A DNA stretch of 64,000 nt from contig OZ024740.1 in assembly GCA_964016885.1 (NCBI GenBank), positions 305,412,001 through 305,476,000 on the forward strand, in the 5' to 3' direction. The stretch is from Eledone cirrhosa. Taxonomy: Eukaryota. Under the pieces are notes generated by a model. The model searched no databases and was not told where the DNA came from. It saw only the letters and a program-made list of their open reading frames with translations. Of this stretch, positions 37,809-52,112 are shown in pieces. How positions within the stretch are numbered: position 1 is the stretch's first letter; each line of letters starts with the position of its first letter. The translations under genes and the position numbers were made by a program.

Positions 37809-38702
37809 CTAGCAGTGGTACCCAGCATTGCACGGGATAAAGTATTTTGGAATGCGGGCCGCCAACAGACCTAATTGTGGGAAAACTGCATGCCTGGACA
37901 ATATGTAAAGAAAATAAACCAAATACTCTGATAGCTGGATAATCTTCAAGATTTTACTTGATGAAGCAGGAAAGATGCAGGTTTTCACCTAATGCAGGCC
38001 CTAGGAGATCAAGAAAATTATTTTTTTTAATGTGCATAATATGCCTTGAAATTTCGGGAAAATCGGCTAGACGTAACGCCTCAAAAAAGCTGAAAAAATG
38101 AAGTTTTTCACCTAATGCGGGCCCTAGGCCATAAAAAAGTTGGATTTTCTTTGCTCACGGTATGAGGAAGAGACTGACTAATACATAGTTACAATTTCAA
38201 GGAAATCGGTCTGACGTAACGGATCAAAAACCCCTAAAAACCTGAAAAAACACAGTTTTTTTACCTAATGCGGGCCCTAGGGGATCAAAAAGTTGAATTT
38301 TTTTATGTGCATAACATTTCCTGAAACATAATACACATGTAAAGTTTGAAAAAAGTCGGTTGGGTATTTCTCGAGTTTTAGGGATTCAAACTCAGACACA
38401 CACACAGACATCCTCAGGGAAGTGACGTAATGCAGACATACAGATATTATAAGGGCGCGACGTTATATGTATGTATCTATCTAAAAAAAAGAAAGACTAA
38501 GAATTATAGAGAGAGATCGCTAAATCGCCTAATGTGGTCCCTAGGGCATAGAAAATTTGAAATTTTTTTTTGCCCAGAACACTCCCTGAAACATTATTAC
38601 ATGTGTAAAGTTTGAAAACAGTCGGTTGGGTGGTTCTCGAGTTTTAGGGATTCAAATTCACACACACACACAGACAGACATCCTCAGTTTTATATATATA
38701 GA
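37809..38702 (-). mobile_element. Non-autonomous Helitron with internal tandem repeats, inserted into a piggyBac MITE
   Basis: Minus strand: A|TCTATATATATAAAA...CCCGTGCAATGCTGGGTACCACTGCTAG|T (5' TC, subterminal hairpin, 3' CTAG, AT target); repeated cctaatgcgggccctagg units; MITE halves on both sides. Confidence 0.8.
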
Positions 38703-40989
38703 TAATATTGAATCTATGAGATTTTGATATTATTTATTTTGAGAACAATACCTTAACATCACTATGAGGGACCAGTTACAGCTAGTTTGAACAGAAAGAG
38801 GTGAGAGAATTCTGGCTGGATATAGTTGGTTTAAATGCTAAAGGATTATAGAGATCACTGCTGAACTAGATTTGGATATCCATCTTGCTATCAAAACCAC
38901 AAAATGCAGTCTCCTGTATTGTTGAGAAACACAGTACAAAGAACACATTTAAAAATACACCATTATTTAATGGTAGATTGGCAGTATCGGCAGATACCAT
39001 GCTTTGCAACACCGAGTTATGGCCCTTTACGTTCTGCGTTCAAATCACGCCGACGTTAGCTTTGCCCTATGGAGTCAATAAAATAAATCACCAGTAATGC
39101 ACTGGGGTAATTGCTGCCTTGTGTCGAAATAGAAATAATTATTTAGTGACATTTGAAATATGAAAGGCATTGAACAATTTACTTCCTAAGTGAACAGTAG
39201 GTCCCATGCTTTTATCAATATGATGGATGGATTCATTATTAGACATGGTAGACCCAATTCTTCTGTATGTTCAATCTGTCTGTTTGTAACATCACTTATT
39301 TGTCATCCAAATCTAAATATATTTCTATTTCAAATAACACACAGCCTAAACAACAATTAACACAAGAAATTTGCTTTGATTAGATAATACATACAGCAAT
39401 TGATGTCATCCTCTTGCTTCCTAAATTCTAAATTTAAATCAAATTTCAAAGTGATAAGACAGGAACGTTTTGCTTTGAGAGTTCCCCATACACTGCCATA
39501 GGGATTTTTAAGTCCCAAAATATTAGGATGAAAAAAAAAAGATAATACATACCAGGTAACATATCATTTTCTACATTATATACTATACACAATGCTTCAA
39601 GCAAACTACATTCTACTAATTTTTTAAATCAATTTCTTACTTCAACTATCACGATATAACTTTTCAAATCATTGCTTCTGATTTTCATCATTAATACGTA
39701 AAATTAGAATGACAAAGATTTTTAGGACAAATACTGAATTACGTTCTGAATTTTCACAGCTTGTAATCAGATTTTCTTCTTTGGTTCATCATCATCATCT
39801 TTTAACATCCATGTTGTATGCTAACATGGGTTAGACAAACTGTTCCGTTGTGAGACAAGCCAGGATGAATGATTGTGTCTTGTTCATACAGAACTGGTTT
39901 TGGCTTGGTTTCGATGGCTGGATGCCCTTCCTAATGCCAACCACTCTTAGTGTGTACTGGGCACTTTTTGTTATGACATCTACACAACCAATTTACATGG
40001 ACTGGACACTTTTTCTAAAAGATTATTCTCAGTTTTATTTTCTAAATGTAAGCCATTATTATTTTTTAAACTTATGCTGTCTATATAACCTAGAACATAG
40101 ATGAGACATGGTCTATATCCTCCATATTGTTAAATAGAGTTTTATAAATATGCAATGTATACCTCTGGATTGAGAGACCACAGCTCTGATACTATGGATG
40201 TGTCGTTAGAATGTCTCAGGAAGAATCATTGGACAGATTTTACAGGCAAAACCAACTGGCAGGAAACCCAGAGCAAGATGGTTGGATAATATCCATGAGC
40301 TCTGTTGGTCTCGCTTGAGGATCCGCCGGATCTGTTGGAAATAATTGCTTCTGATAGGACCAACGAACCTCACAGGAATAAGTGGACTATGAAGAAGAAA
40401 TGAATGTTATTCTCCTTTGCAAGATGTCTTAGCATTATTCAAAGATCACTCTGAGAGTTGGACTGGCTAAGAGGTTAATGATTAATATGTTGCCAACATT
40501 ATGTTTTGTCAATGTCTAAAGCAACTGTCATATGGCCCAGTTTTAATTTTGAATTTTTTTCGTAGTTGCTGGCGTTAAAGAATTTTGGCAGCTTCACACC
40601 AGATTTTCTTCTTAATCTGTTTCCAAAGGATTATTCAAATAGTTCCGTTATTTTCTAAACTTAGGCCACTATCATCTAGAATACATGCATTGTTAAATAC
40701 AGTGTTTCATTTTAAAGTTAATCAGATTTGTAGAATGTTCATTATTATAAACTTTAAACCTATTTCCACAGGTTTTATTAATAGCCCATATAGACAATGT
40801 CATCAATTGGATACAGTCATACTTTAATTGCCAGACTTATTCTTTAGGGTTTTAATCATAGTTAAGTTCTGGAGTAATTTACTCTGCATATCTATTAAAT
40901 ATTAGCTTTATTTGTTTCACTAATTCAAAACTAAGTAGTAAAGAGAAAAATTGTGTCTTTTAAAAAGTATTAGCATTATTAAAGGATCA

Positions 40990-41174
40990 GGGCGGTGGAT
41001 TGGCAGTGTCGATAGAGTGTCGGACGCCATATTTTCCAGCATAGTTACGTCCCTTTACGGTCTGAGTTCAAATCCCACCGAGGTTGACTTTGCCTTTCAT
41101 CCTTACGGGGTCAATAAAATAAAGTACCAGTAATGTACTGGGTAATTGCTGGCCTGGTGCCAAAAGTAGAAACA
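40990..41174 (+). mobile_element. SINE, family B (other copies ~12515-12675, 38970-39135, 55610-55783, 58464-58650, 63316-63533)
   Basis: TGGCAGTGTCGA A-box, GAGTTCAAATCCC B-box; 15-bp TSD ATTATTAAAGGATCA. Confidence 0.85.
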
Positions 41175-41309
41175 ATTATTAAAGGATCACCTTGAGAAAT
41201 AGATGGCCAAGTGATCAATGTTGTAAATATACAGTTAAGGGGTTGGTCATTTGTATCATGCCACTAACAATGGGTTGTGTCCATGGCTAAGACAGTTATC
41301 TCTTATATA

Positions 41310-41670
41310 AGCCAAAGAGAAAAATTGGGTATAAGAGGAGTCAGATGCAGTGTGCAGGAGAGGATTTGCGTTGGTATGGGCACATGATGTGTATGAAGGA
41401 TGACAGCTGTATAAAAAGGTACAGGGGGCTCAAGGTTGATGGAAGCTAGTGTAGGAAGACTTGGGGTGAGGTGATAAAAGCTGACCTTGTACAATTGCAC
41501 CTCTTGAAGGCGATGATACAGGATTCAAATCTCTGGCATTATGAAGTAATACAGAAGACTCGCCTTCCCATTGATAAAGCTGTCCTTGCACAATTGCACG
41601 TCTTGAAGGCGATGATACAGAATCAAGATCTCTGGCATTATGAAGTAATACAGAAGACTCGCCTTCCCTT
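41310..41670 (+). mobile_element. RTE 3' fragment with an internal ~100-bp tandem duplication
   Basis: REKLGIRGVRCSVQERIC..WYGHMM similarity; gataaa.ctg.ccttg.acaattgcac...cagaagactcgccttccc occurs twice. Confidence 0.7.
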
Positions 41671-42272
41671 CGAGTTGAAGAATACATCTTGTATTGACTA
41701 GTGACCACATTGGAATGAGTTCAAGGCCATAGTATTAGAGTTATTATGTAGTGCCTTGACAAGAAGCAGTTTGCTTAACTGACAGGTTCTACTTCATACA
41801 TCACCACAACTGAAATGTTTAGTTGTATAAAAGGCATCCAGCTATAAAATAACAATGATCCCACCCATGAAAGAATGGTAAATATGTTACAAACAAGATT
41901 TTAATCTATATAGGAACCCTTTTAAATGAAGTAGGGTGTGGGAGGATTTGTTCCATAGAACCAGAGGTGGTTTTGGGTGGGTTGGTATTAAAAGAGTTAT
42001 TGAAACACTTCCCACTCACTGTGATAGTGAACTGTACCTATTCATGATACTTATTTTTACAGCCATGTGTACCATTTGTAGTTAAGTGACTTGGCCATGA
42101 ACACAACACAGTGCTGGGATATGAAACGATGACTGGCCAATAAACTGACATTATTGCAAAAACTGGCTTCAAGAATATGATTTATCATCTTCACTGATGA
42201 TAAATGGATTCTAGTACTTTTTTCATTATAAGTAAGTTTATTTTGAAACAACGAGCGAGTTTGAAAATAGAA

Positions 42273-42453
42273 ATAGAAGCTTTCGCTGTATTATTTACTA
42301 AAGCAGTTTTAGCCTGATAGTGGGGTTTAGAACCCTCTAAGAAATGGAAAAAGATGGATATTGACGTACTCATCTTCTTCCATTTCTCAGAGGGTTCCAA
42401 ACCCCACTATCGGGCTAAAACTTCTTTAGTAAAAAATATGGCAAAGCTTCTAT
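42273..42453. repeat. Long imperfect hairpin
   Basis: agttttagcctgatagtggggttt.gaaccctct.agaaatggaa / ttccatttctcagagggttccaaaccccactatcgggctaaaact. Confidence 0.85.
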
Positions 42454-44189
42454 ATATTTTTTTTTTCATTATATCACTTAACCCATTTGATATCAAACTG
42501 CCCTTGGCTCTATGATACAAAACTGTTTATTTAAAATTGTTTATATTTATCTAAAAACCTTCCTGCATAATTTTACGTTATAACTGTTATGTTCAAAACA
42601 TCAACTTGATAATGAGAACATTGTTTTACTAAATTCCTCCAAATTCTTGATTTACAAAATTATTTGAAAATCACTGTCTTTTATTAGAAATATTGTAACA
42701 AAATGGTTCAATTGGCTCTCCTTTAGTTTTACAGCTTAGATATAAATAGTTATTTCATTTCTTTTGCTTTAAAATATTACAGCTAATGCTGAACACTGAA
42801 TTACCTTTTAAAATATACAAACTCTAGAGGAAACCAAAAACTACTGCTGGAAAAACTAGCAGTAGCCAGAATATACAAAAAACAGTTCAATGAAGTTCAC
42901 AAAATAGAATAAAATTGTATGATACTAAAAGATGAATATTTTTAATATTGTATGACTCATCATGAGAATAAATTGGAGAAGAGAACATCCTATTTATTGA
43001 TATCTAACTAGAAAGCAGCTTATGATCAAATTGTTACTAGTCTTTAGCTGTAAAATAAGGCTGTTTCATTAAGACTGAATACAGTGCAGGAGTACAATCA
43101 GTCCTTATAAAATATCAGTTACTATGAATCTATTGTCACATTATATACAACCAATCAGTGGTAAGAAACTCTCAAAAGGTCTTCAGAGAAAAGACCCCCC
43201 CCCCCCCCCACCTCAAGTGAGTGTTTCAACCCTTAATTTTTCAAGGTTACCATATTGATAAACATGCCAATTAATATGCTATTAAAAATGTATAAAAACG
43301 TAATTCTTTTTAAAAACCATAACATGACATATATTTTCATTTTGAATATTTTAAAAATCCTCACCATACATTTTAAATGGTCAGATTGTTATCAAGTCAG
43401 AACTATATATTAAAATAGTAACTACCAATTTATATTTACTCAATTGAATGGAATGACTACTCAATACTTGATTTGAGTTCGAAAGTTTTAATTAAAAAAA
43501 TAATTTCTAATACAGGACAAGTTTGAAAGAGTTCTAGATAGTATGTATTTTATACTTAACAACAATATTTATATTTTAATATTTTAGATTTAATAACATT
43601 GGCCCAAAAGAATACAGGAGAAATATAATAGACAACAAAAGGAAAAAAAAAAAAATCCATTTAAAGATAATCCCAAATTAAAACTATTAGAAAACAATGA
43701 CAAAACAAAATGTGGACTTGTCAGAAAAATTATTAGGGAAAGGGATATATATGTATATATATACATTGAAAAAAAAAAAAGTATGTGTTGTTTTTGTATT
43801 TTTTTTTTGTATTTTTTTTTTTTGCAAAATCTTTAATTTATAGCTTTGAAGATATTTTCTGGAAACATTTCCTCTCAAAGTTATTGTAAAGTGAAATCAG
43901 GGGTCTATATTTCTGTATGATGACAACAGCTAAATTTGCTGCTGTTTTTCACTTTATGTTGAGCACGTGAGAAGAAACCTGATAAAAAGTGGTCCATGTT
44001 ACTGCAGCCATACTTTAAACTGTGGCTCTGTATATATTACCTGTAAACCATTCTTTGCACAAGAGGACATCATTCCTTCCAGCACATTTTCAAGCCAGGC
44101 AAACAGGCACACATACAAGAATCCATGATGAAGTTTCCTATCTATCTAGGAGTAGATTAAAGCACTCTGCGAATGTTTGATTTTGTTTT

Positions 44190-44279
44190 TTACGCATTTT
44201 TTGAAAGTTCGTTAGACAGCCAGTCAAGACCTTCATATAAACCAGTACCTTGTGTTGCACATGTTGACTGAATGTACCA
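44190..44279 (-). CDS. ARF4: ADP-ribosylation factor class II, last coding exon: [29 protein letters not shown]
   Basis: Acceptor tttgtttgcag|TGG; G5 TCAT motif; class II-type C-terminus WLSNELSK. Confidence 0.92.
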   Translation of the reverse strand, partial: WYIQSTCATQGTGLYEGLDWLSNELSKNA

Positions 44280-45097
44280 CTGCAAACAAAAGAAAATAAT
44301 ACAAGTTAAAGCTAGCCTCTTATCTAACTACTTACTGCTCAAAAGTAGGAGTGATGTTATTCCTACATCAGACCTTATTCATAGTAAAATTACTTAGCTT
44401 TATTTTATCAACACTGATGAAAACCAATGTTGAATTTGGATTATTTTGAATTCAACTTGCAATAATAAACCAAAATACTATAGAGTTTGGTGCTCTTAGC
44501 TATGTATACACACATATATACACATGCACATTACATATATATATATATATATATATAGTTTGTATTTGTGTTGAAGGACATTGTCATTTCCAGCTAATAA
44601 CTGTGGAGGCATGTGCCCTTGTGGTAAGGGTGTTGGACTTATGATTATAATGTTGTGGGTTTGATTCATGGGCTGGGTTGTGTGTTGTGTTCTTGAGTAA
44701 AACACATCATTTTATGTTGCTCCAGTATATTCAGCTGAAAATGAGTTACCAGTAATAGCTGGAGGTTTAACCTTGTGATGAACTGGTGTCTTGTCCAGTG
44801 AGTAGTCTTGTATACTCTGTCACTGCATGTCATGAAATCAGGATAAGCACCTGCCTGACGAGCCTCCTGGCTTGGGACAGACTTTAGACTAGAGAGTTAA
44901 TAACTAGAGATCACAAAATATTTGTATTACTGTATTCAAATGTGCCAAACAGCCTTTCAATGCTCCATGCATTAAATATGTTGATACTGATTTATCTATA
45001 AAAAAACATTGCTGATAGTAGATTAACAGTACGCTATTGATTGTTCACAAAATTTTAAACGTTACAACCTCAATAGAATCTGAAAAAACAAATTTAC

Positions 45098-45220
45098 CCT
45101 TTTTGACAAATTTTCTAATTTAAGTGAACGTTGAATTTCACAAGCAGTCATGGCATTTGGTAAATCTTGTTTATTGGCAAACACCAATAAAATAGCATCT
45201 CTTAGATCCTCTTCTGAAAG
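45098..45220 (-). CDS. ARF4: ARF class II exon 5: [41 protein letters not shown]
   Basis: Acceptor ttccag|CTT, donor AGG|gtaaat; G4 NKQD motif; 123 nt. Confidence 0.92.
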
Positions 45221-45689
45221 CTGGAATATTGAGAAAAGAATAACAAGGACTTTGTAATATTGAATCATTTTAAATACACATCTTAATTGGAAACTCAGAA
45301 GAGAGAGAGAGAGAGAGAAAACAAATTAGCTAAAAAAAAAAAAAAAACCCCAGAGGAGATTATAAATAGAATACGACACTGATAATATATTCAAAATATC
45401 ATGAAGAAGTGTAATAGTTTTCAATAACCTTCATAATTATTTTCTTGTTCGTGTCACAACATTCTGATTTAATTTACAGTTACTAGAATATCATACAGGC
45501 AACTCTAGAGCATTGCTTGGAAATGTTTATAAATTGATTATATTACTCTTCATCCTTCCTTAACTTTCCACATACAGGTACAGGAAAGGAGTTGGTAGAA
45601 ACTCTATATGGTATATCCAATGTAATTTTGGCTGCACAAAAAAATGTAATGGGATCACAGGTAGGCTAACAGAGGTAGTCATGTTAGTG

Positions 45690-46181
45690 ACATGATCAAA
45701 AGCATCCAATCCACCCTGTAAGATGACCATGCAGGTAGCACAAGTGCCCAGTCAATCCTTTTAAGGTGATCATGCTAGAAACACGACAAAAAATGCCCAG
45801 CCTATCCTGTAAGATGGTCGTGCTAGTGACATGATCAAAAGTGCCCAGTCTACCCTGTAAGGTGGTCGTGCTAGTGACATGACAAAAAGTGCCTAGTCTA
45901 TAAGGTGGTCATGCTGGTGACAACGAAAAGTGCCCAGTCCATTCTGTAAGGTGGTTGTGCTAATGAAATGACAAGTACTCAGTTCACTCTGTTAGATGAT
46001 AAAAAGCACCCAGTCCACACTGTAATGTGGTTGGTGTTAGGAAGGGCATCCAGCCGTAGAAACTAAGCCGAAATACAGATCCGTACAAGCAAGACATGGT
46101 CACCCGTCCTGACTTGTCTCAATGTGACAACCCATCTAACTCATGCACGCATGGAAAATCGATGTTAAACGGTGGTGATGA
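45690..46181 (+). mobile_element. RTE/SINE-A 3' module with an internal ~45-bp tandem array
   Basis: About 7 copies of tagtgacatga.caaaag.gcccagtc.accctgtaag.tggtc.tg ahead of AGGAAGGGCATCC and the tail. Confidence 0.7.
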
Positions 46182-46356
46182 CATTTCAGTTCAGTTTTTC
46201 TGACATAATAGTTTATTTAGCTGGATCATATTAACTATATGTATTTTATAGCTGATAGAAGAGCTTTATATAACCCATCTTCCATTGTATACAGCATTTT
46301 CCTTTCTTTTATTTACATGAACATTGGAAAATATAATGAAATATAATTGAACAAAC

Positions 46357-46428
46357 CATTTTTTGCAATTCATCACAAGCTTCAGTCATTCTTTCTCGAT
46401 CATTGCTATCTATTACAAATATCAAGCC
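46357..46428 (-). CDS. ARF4: ARF class II exon 4: GLIFVIDSNDRERMTEACDELQKM
   Basis: Acceptor tttttcttgtag|GGC, donor ATG|gtttgt; 72 nt as in ARF4/5. Confidence 0.92.
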
Positions 46429-47310
46429 CTACAAGAAAAAAATACATTTATTTGACAGAAATAATAACATCTAAATTAAAAACAAAACCTGTCAGTAGAG
46501 TTCATGTTGTATTTAGTTAGAGTAATACCTTAGTATTGTTATGATTTTTCAAAGAGCATCACTCAAAATGTGCAATAACAATGCAAACCACATGACTTAC
46601 TCCAATAAATACTGTACAACAACTTCACTAACAAAACAAACTAGGTAAAATAATGTTATGTTAGCAGTGAAGAATTAGATGGCTAATGTAAACAAGATAT
46701 TTCAAGTGAAATATGAAACAGTTTAGATGAGATAGTAGTAAATTTTAGACCAAACATCAAATTAATTCATTTAAAAATTCAGCAGGAAACTGTTGGAATC
46801 AATTGCTTCTGACAGGACCTGCTGGAAGGAGTATTTGAGGACTCTGCCTCCATGGCCTTCTCGGGAATAAGTGGGCAAAGAAAAAGAAGAGGAAGAAGAA
46901 GCAGGAAACTGAACAAGGTAAAATGGCGGCCATAAACTGAAAATATTTGTTTTCTCAAGCTCTATTGCTAAAATAATACTGTCATTGAATCTTAATAAAA
47001 TAATGAGATTCTACAGAGCATCTCTTTTCTCTGCTGTAGTATCTTTATTTTTACTTCCATTTTTCCATGTTGGACAGGATATTTTAAGGTAGTGTTTTAT
47101 GGCTAGATGCTGTTCTTGATACCAACTCTCTTTGTTGCCTCATATGACATGCAGACATATGGTACCGCCTTCAAAAATAGGAAGGAATGACAAAACTTTG
47201 GTAAATCCAACAAAGATTTGGATATAATTTTTGTTCATTGGATATGAATTTCTCTCAAACACCCAGAAACACAAAAAAAGAATTAAAGTCATTTCATAAT
47301 AATCTTACTA

Positions 47311-47556
<246 letters not shown>

Positions 47557-47802
47557 TCATTATTAATAATCTATTTGTAAAAACAATTGGATTTTTAAAA
47601 AATAGCAACAATAACGAGTATATTAATAACAAGAAAACTACTAGTACAATCAATACCACCACCATCACACTATTCTTACTCTAAGACTCCTTACAGGTTT
47701 ACAATAGGGTAAATTTTCATACTGTATGTACTCATATATAAGTCACATCCTCTTTCTGTTTACAATATTTTGGTTTCAGTTTTCAACCCATACATAAAAA
47801 AA

Positions 47803-48412
47803 GTATATATATAAAGTTGTTGTTCCTGTCTGTTTGTTCACGAACTCCTATGGTTTTGGAGATAGACCCCCTTAACCATATATATTCTGAAACTACATTA
47901 CCCAGGGTACTTGGATAAATATATTTCATTTTAATCAAAGGGTTCCCTGGGGGCACAAACCCCTGCTGAAAATTTTTTCCCTTCGATTTATATGAAATTT
48001 AAACCATAGGTAAATGACAAGATATGATGCCTATTCACAAAATTTCAGCAAATTTCAATAATATTAAGACACCCTAATGGGGGGGGGGGGGTTAAACCCA
48101 CTAGAGTAACATTTTGGAAGCCCAAATAAAATAATACTTTACACAAAAATGAAATGATCAAGTTTTGAATTGATATTTTTAAAAAAATTATTTACAAGAA
48201 ACAAAATAAGAATAAGATTTTATTATGTAATTTTGATTTGAGATATTACAAAAAATAATGTTTTCCAATTTTTCATGCATTACATTTTACATTGAGTAAT
48301 ATTGAAATGCAGAGTTTTTCTCCATAAATTATATCAGTGATTTAAAATCAATCATCATTTTCTTACAAAAAAAAATGTGTGAAACATAGCAAAGCGCAGG
48401 TAATTCGGCTAG
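47803..48412 (+). mobile_element. Degenerate non-autonomous Helitron-like element
   Basis: 5' tatatatataaag..gtctgtttgtt; 3' gcaaagcgcaggtaattcggCTAG|T. Confidence 0.55.
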
Positions 48413-50487
48413 TATATATATAAAACTGAAATAATCATTGCCAATATAATGTACCAAAATCTCAGAACCAAGGGTATCATAACAATACGTTTTTATGATT
48501 TATGCCTGGAACAAACAGACCAACATCATCATCACTGTTTAATGTCTATTTTCTATGCTTGCACGGGTTAGATGGCTGTCATAGACTGAGGCCAGACCAG
48601 TCAGGTGACTAGGTCCAACTTGTATGCTTTGTTTTGGCTAGTTTTCTATCACTGGATGCCCTTTTTAACACCAACCACTCCACAGATTTTACTGGGAGCA
48701 CAGTTTCTACAGCTGGATGCCCTTCCCAACACCAACCACTCTACTGTACTAATGCTTTTAAATTGCTACATTTGATTGACAACAGGATCCAATCGGTACA
48801 TTGATTACACTTGACTGAACAAGAAATGTGCATGTTTCATCACAGACTGAGTCAGAACTTAAACGGAGCTACATATCATCACAGATGCATTTGTTTTGTA
48901 GCAAAATTGAATTAAATAACTGTGTTTCTTTTCACTAGTGACAACTCAGCATTTTTTTTCAAAAACCGATTTTCATATAGACTGAGCAGTGACAACCAAT
49001 TTGCTTTAAATATGCATGTTAATGCATGCTGTGATTTTCAAGCCCTGAGCATAGTCCAGCAGATAAGTCACGTTTTATTTTTCCTATACAAAACATTACG
49101 ATTCATTGACAAGTATATATGGCAAATCTCTCAAGGGTTCTAGAGGCACAATAGGAAGTGACTCTAACTGACTTATACACTCAAGTGAATATTGATCACT
49201 ACATGAAAGCATCTACCAAAAACACCAACACCATAATAATTATCATCTTAACATTATTTTTGTACTGATTGTAAACTTCAGAAAAATAGCAAACATCTTT
49301 GTTATCTTAATGATGTTCTACCATGTAACTACTTCACTCCATGTGTTCTTTACACTAACACCCTTTGCTACATGTACCACATGTACCAAACATCTAGGCT
49401 TGTTCAAAGGAGAGTAGTCATTTTCATTATCAACCATTCTTTTCATGTTTAATTTCATAGTTTATTCAAATTAGTCTCTCGAGTTTATGTGACACATTCA
49501 ATGTATCACTTCTTTTTAAAATTATTACAGATGATCTGCATTCACTTTATATTTTACACTTCTGATACACCCCACATTTCACTAAATTTCTTCCACACAA
49601 TTGAAACCATAACTGGAAGCTAAGAGGACCCTTTAGTTGTGTGAAAGACATGACAAACTCTCTAGTATTGGTGCCACGATAAAATGCACTCGGTAGAGTG
49701 TATGACTGTAAATATGCAAAATGCGAGTCCTCCAGCTTGTCTGAGAGGTCTATGAAGACCCGTCCAACCGTTGCTAGCAGGGAAGGTGGACGTTAAATGA
49801 TGATGACAACCTGCATTAAGTATATTGTGAACCAAAGCAGCAATTCCTTAAACCCCAACTACCGATCATCAATCATAGTCATGGCCTGTATTAATTATAT
49901 ACAAGGCTACGGGCATTCCCTATTTTCTGTGTAATAAAGAAAATGGAATTAACTAATTACACAGATACTCTAGTTTATTTGTTCTAATTCCCTTTAGCTT
50001 ACTTGGTATCGTTCTGTGCTGAAAATAATTTATCATCTTGGCACTAATCCACAAAAGTCTAAAAAAGGATATATAAATATATCCCACTTTTTAATAATCC
50101 AGAAAGCTGAACCTAAATACTGAACAGTGCAGTATCTAATTTCTACAATTAAAGAATTATTTTCACTAAGTATAATAACTGTGGAGCATGTGACCTAGTG
50201 GTAATGGTGTTGGAATTACAATTCATAGGCTCAGTTGTGAGTTGTGTTCTTGAGCAAAACACTTCATTTCACATTGCTCCAGTACACTCAGCTGAAAATG
50301 AGTACCAGCAATAGGTGGAAGTTTAACCCTGCAATGGACTAGCGTCCTGTCCAGGGGGAAGTATTGTATTCTCAGTTGCTTCACACTATGAAACAGAGAT
50401 ACGGGCCTGTTGAACATCCTAATTTGAGACAGACTTTAGAAATATTGAAATGAGTAAAGGAAAACACTGGTAACATTTGAATTCTCA

Positions 50488-50721
<234 letters not shown>

Positions 50722-51642
50722 TCAGACATTTTAAATTATTATACTAAATGAATTCTATCCATTAATATCAAAATCAGAATGAAATTTAAGACTTTTTTTC
50801 ATACAAGAAAGATTATTTTAGGTTGCTGTTTGATAATTACTGAAATTCATAAAACATATTAGGGAAAATGAAAACAAAAAGTGAAAATATTAATTTGGAT
50901 AATGGTAGTCAGTTTGGCTTTATAACATGAAAAGTTCAATGTAAAGATATGAAAAATTTAACCCAAATAACCACATAGGCTATAGTTGGATTTAGCTATC
51001 AAAACAACTATCTAGATGGGACTAACAGTTACTAACAAATTAAGGTGTTTCATATCCTTTGATATATCACAAAGGAATGCTTAGTGTTGATTTTAAAGCC
51101 ACAAAGAAAAGGGTTATAGAAATTTTATTCTGACAATCTAAGTCACAAGAATGAAAAAGAAAGCTACATTTATATATTTTTATTTATCTTAGACTGCATA
51201 TTTGTTATTTCAAATTTCGATTACATGTTCTATTATTTAGTGTTCCAAACATATATCAGGGCAAACAGTTACTGGTCCTTTACATACATCTTTTAAAAAA
51301 AGCCATAACATACAGCACTATGTCTACATTTGAAATAACACACTTAGCTTCAGCCAATATATGTAATTCTTTAACACATCATTACAAACAACTGTTAATT
51401 TCCATGACATGCTAAAAATAGCAAAATCGCACCGAAACCCCATTCTACCATTTTAAAAAGAACATGCATAGCACAATGTGGTCACTAATAAGAAGTTTTT
51501 GATCATAAGTGCAGTCATGACTGCATAGTTAAGAAATTTGGTACACAACAACATGGTTATAGGTTCAATTCCATAGTCATGGCCTTACCAATACCTTGTG
51601 AGCGAAGTTTAGTAGACAGAAACTGTACAGAAGCCTATCATA

Positions 51643-51686
<44 letters not shown>

Positions 51687-52034
51687 TGTATGTATATATA
51701 TAAATATATATATCATCATCATCACCGTTTTACATCCATTCTTCGATGCTAGCATGGGTTAGATGGGTTGTCCTGTTGTGGGCACTGTCAGGTCGGGTGA
51801 CCATGTCTTGCTCATACGGAACTGATTCTGGCTTGATTTCTACAGCTGGATGCCCTTCCTAACACCAACCTCATTTACAGTGAGTACTGGGTGCTTTTTT
51901 ACTGTGGCGCCTACATGACCACTTTACAGTGTGGACTGGGTGTTTTTTTGTCATGACACCTACATGGCCACTTTACAGTGGGAGGGGGTGGGGGCATACT
52001 GTCTATATGCTTCAGTTTATATATATATATATAT

Positions 52035-52112
52035 ATATCATTCACCTATATACATCAGCAAAAGATATATGCGTGCATATATCTTTTGCTGATGTATATA
52101 GGCGAATGATAT
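52035..52112. repeat. Near-perfect palindrome after a (TA)n run
   Basis: atatcattcacctatatacatcagcaaaagatatatgc-gt-gcatatatcttttgctgatgtatataggcgaatgatat. Confidence 0.9.

Noticed and set aside
45690-46020. Regularly spaced repeats resembling a CRISPR array
   Set aside because: Degenerate tandem units without unique spacers, inside a eukaryotic retroelement tail; no cas genes
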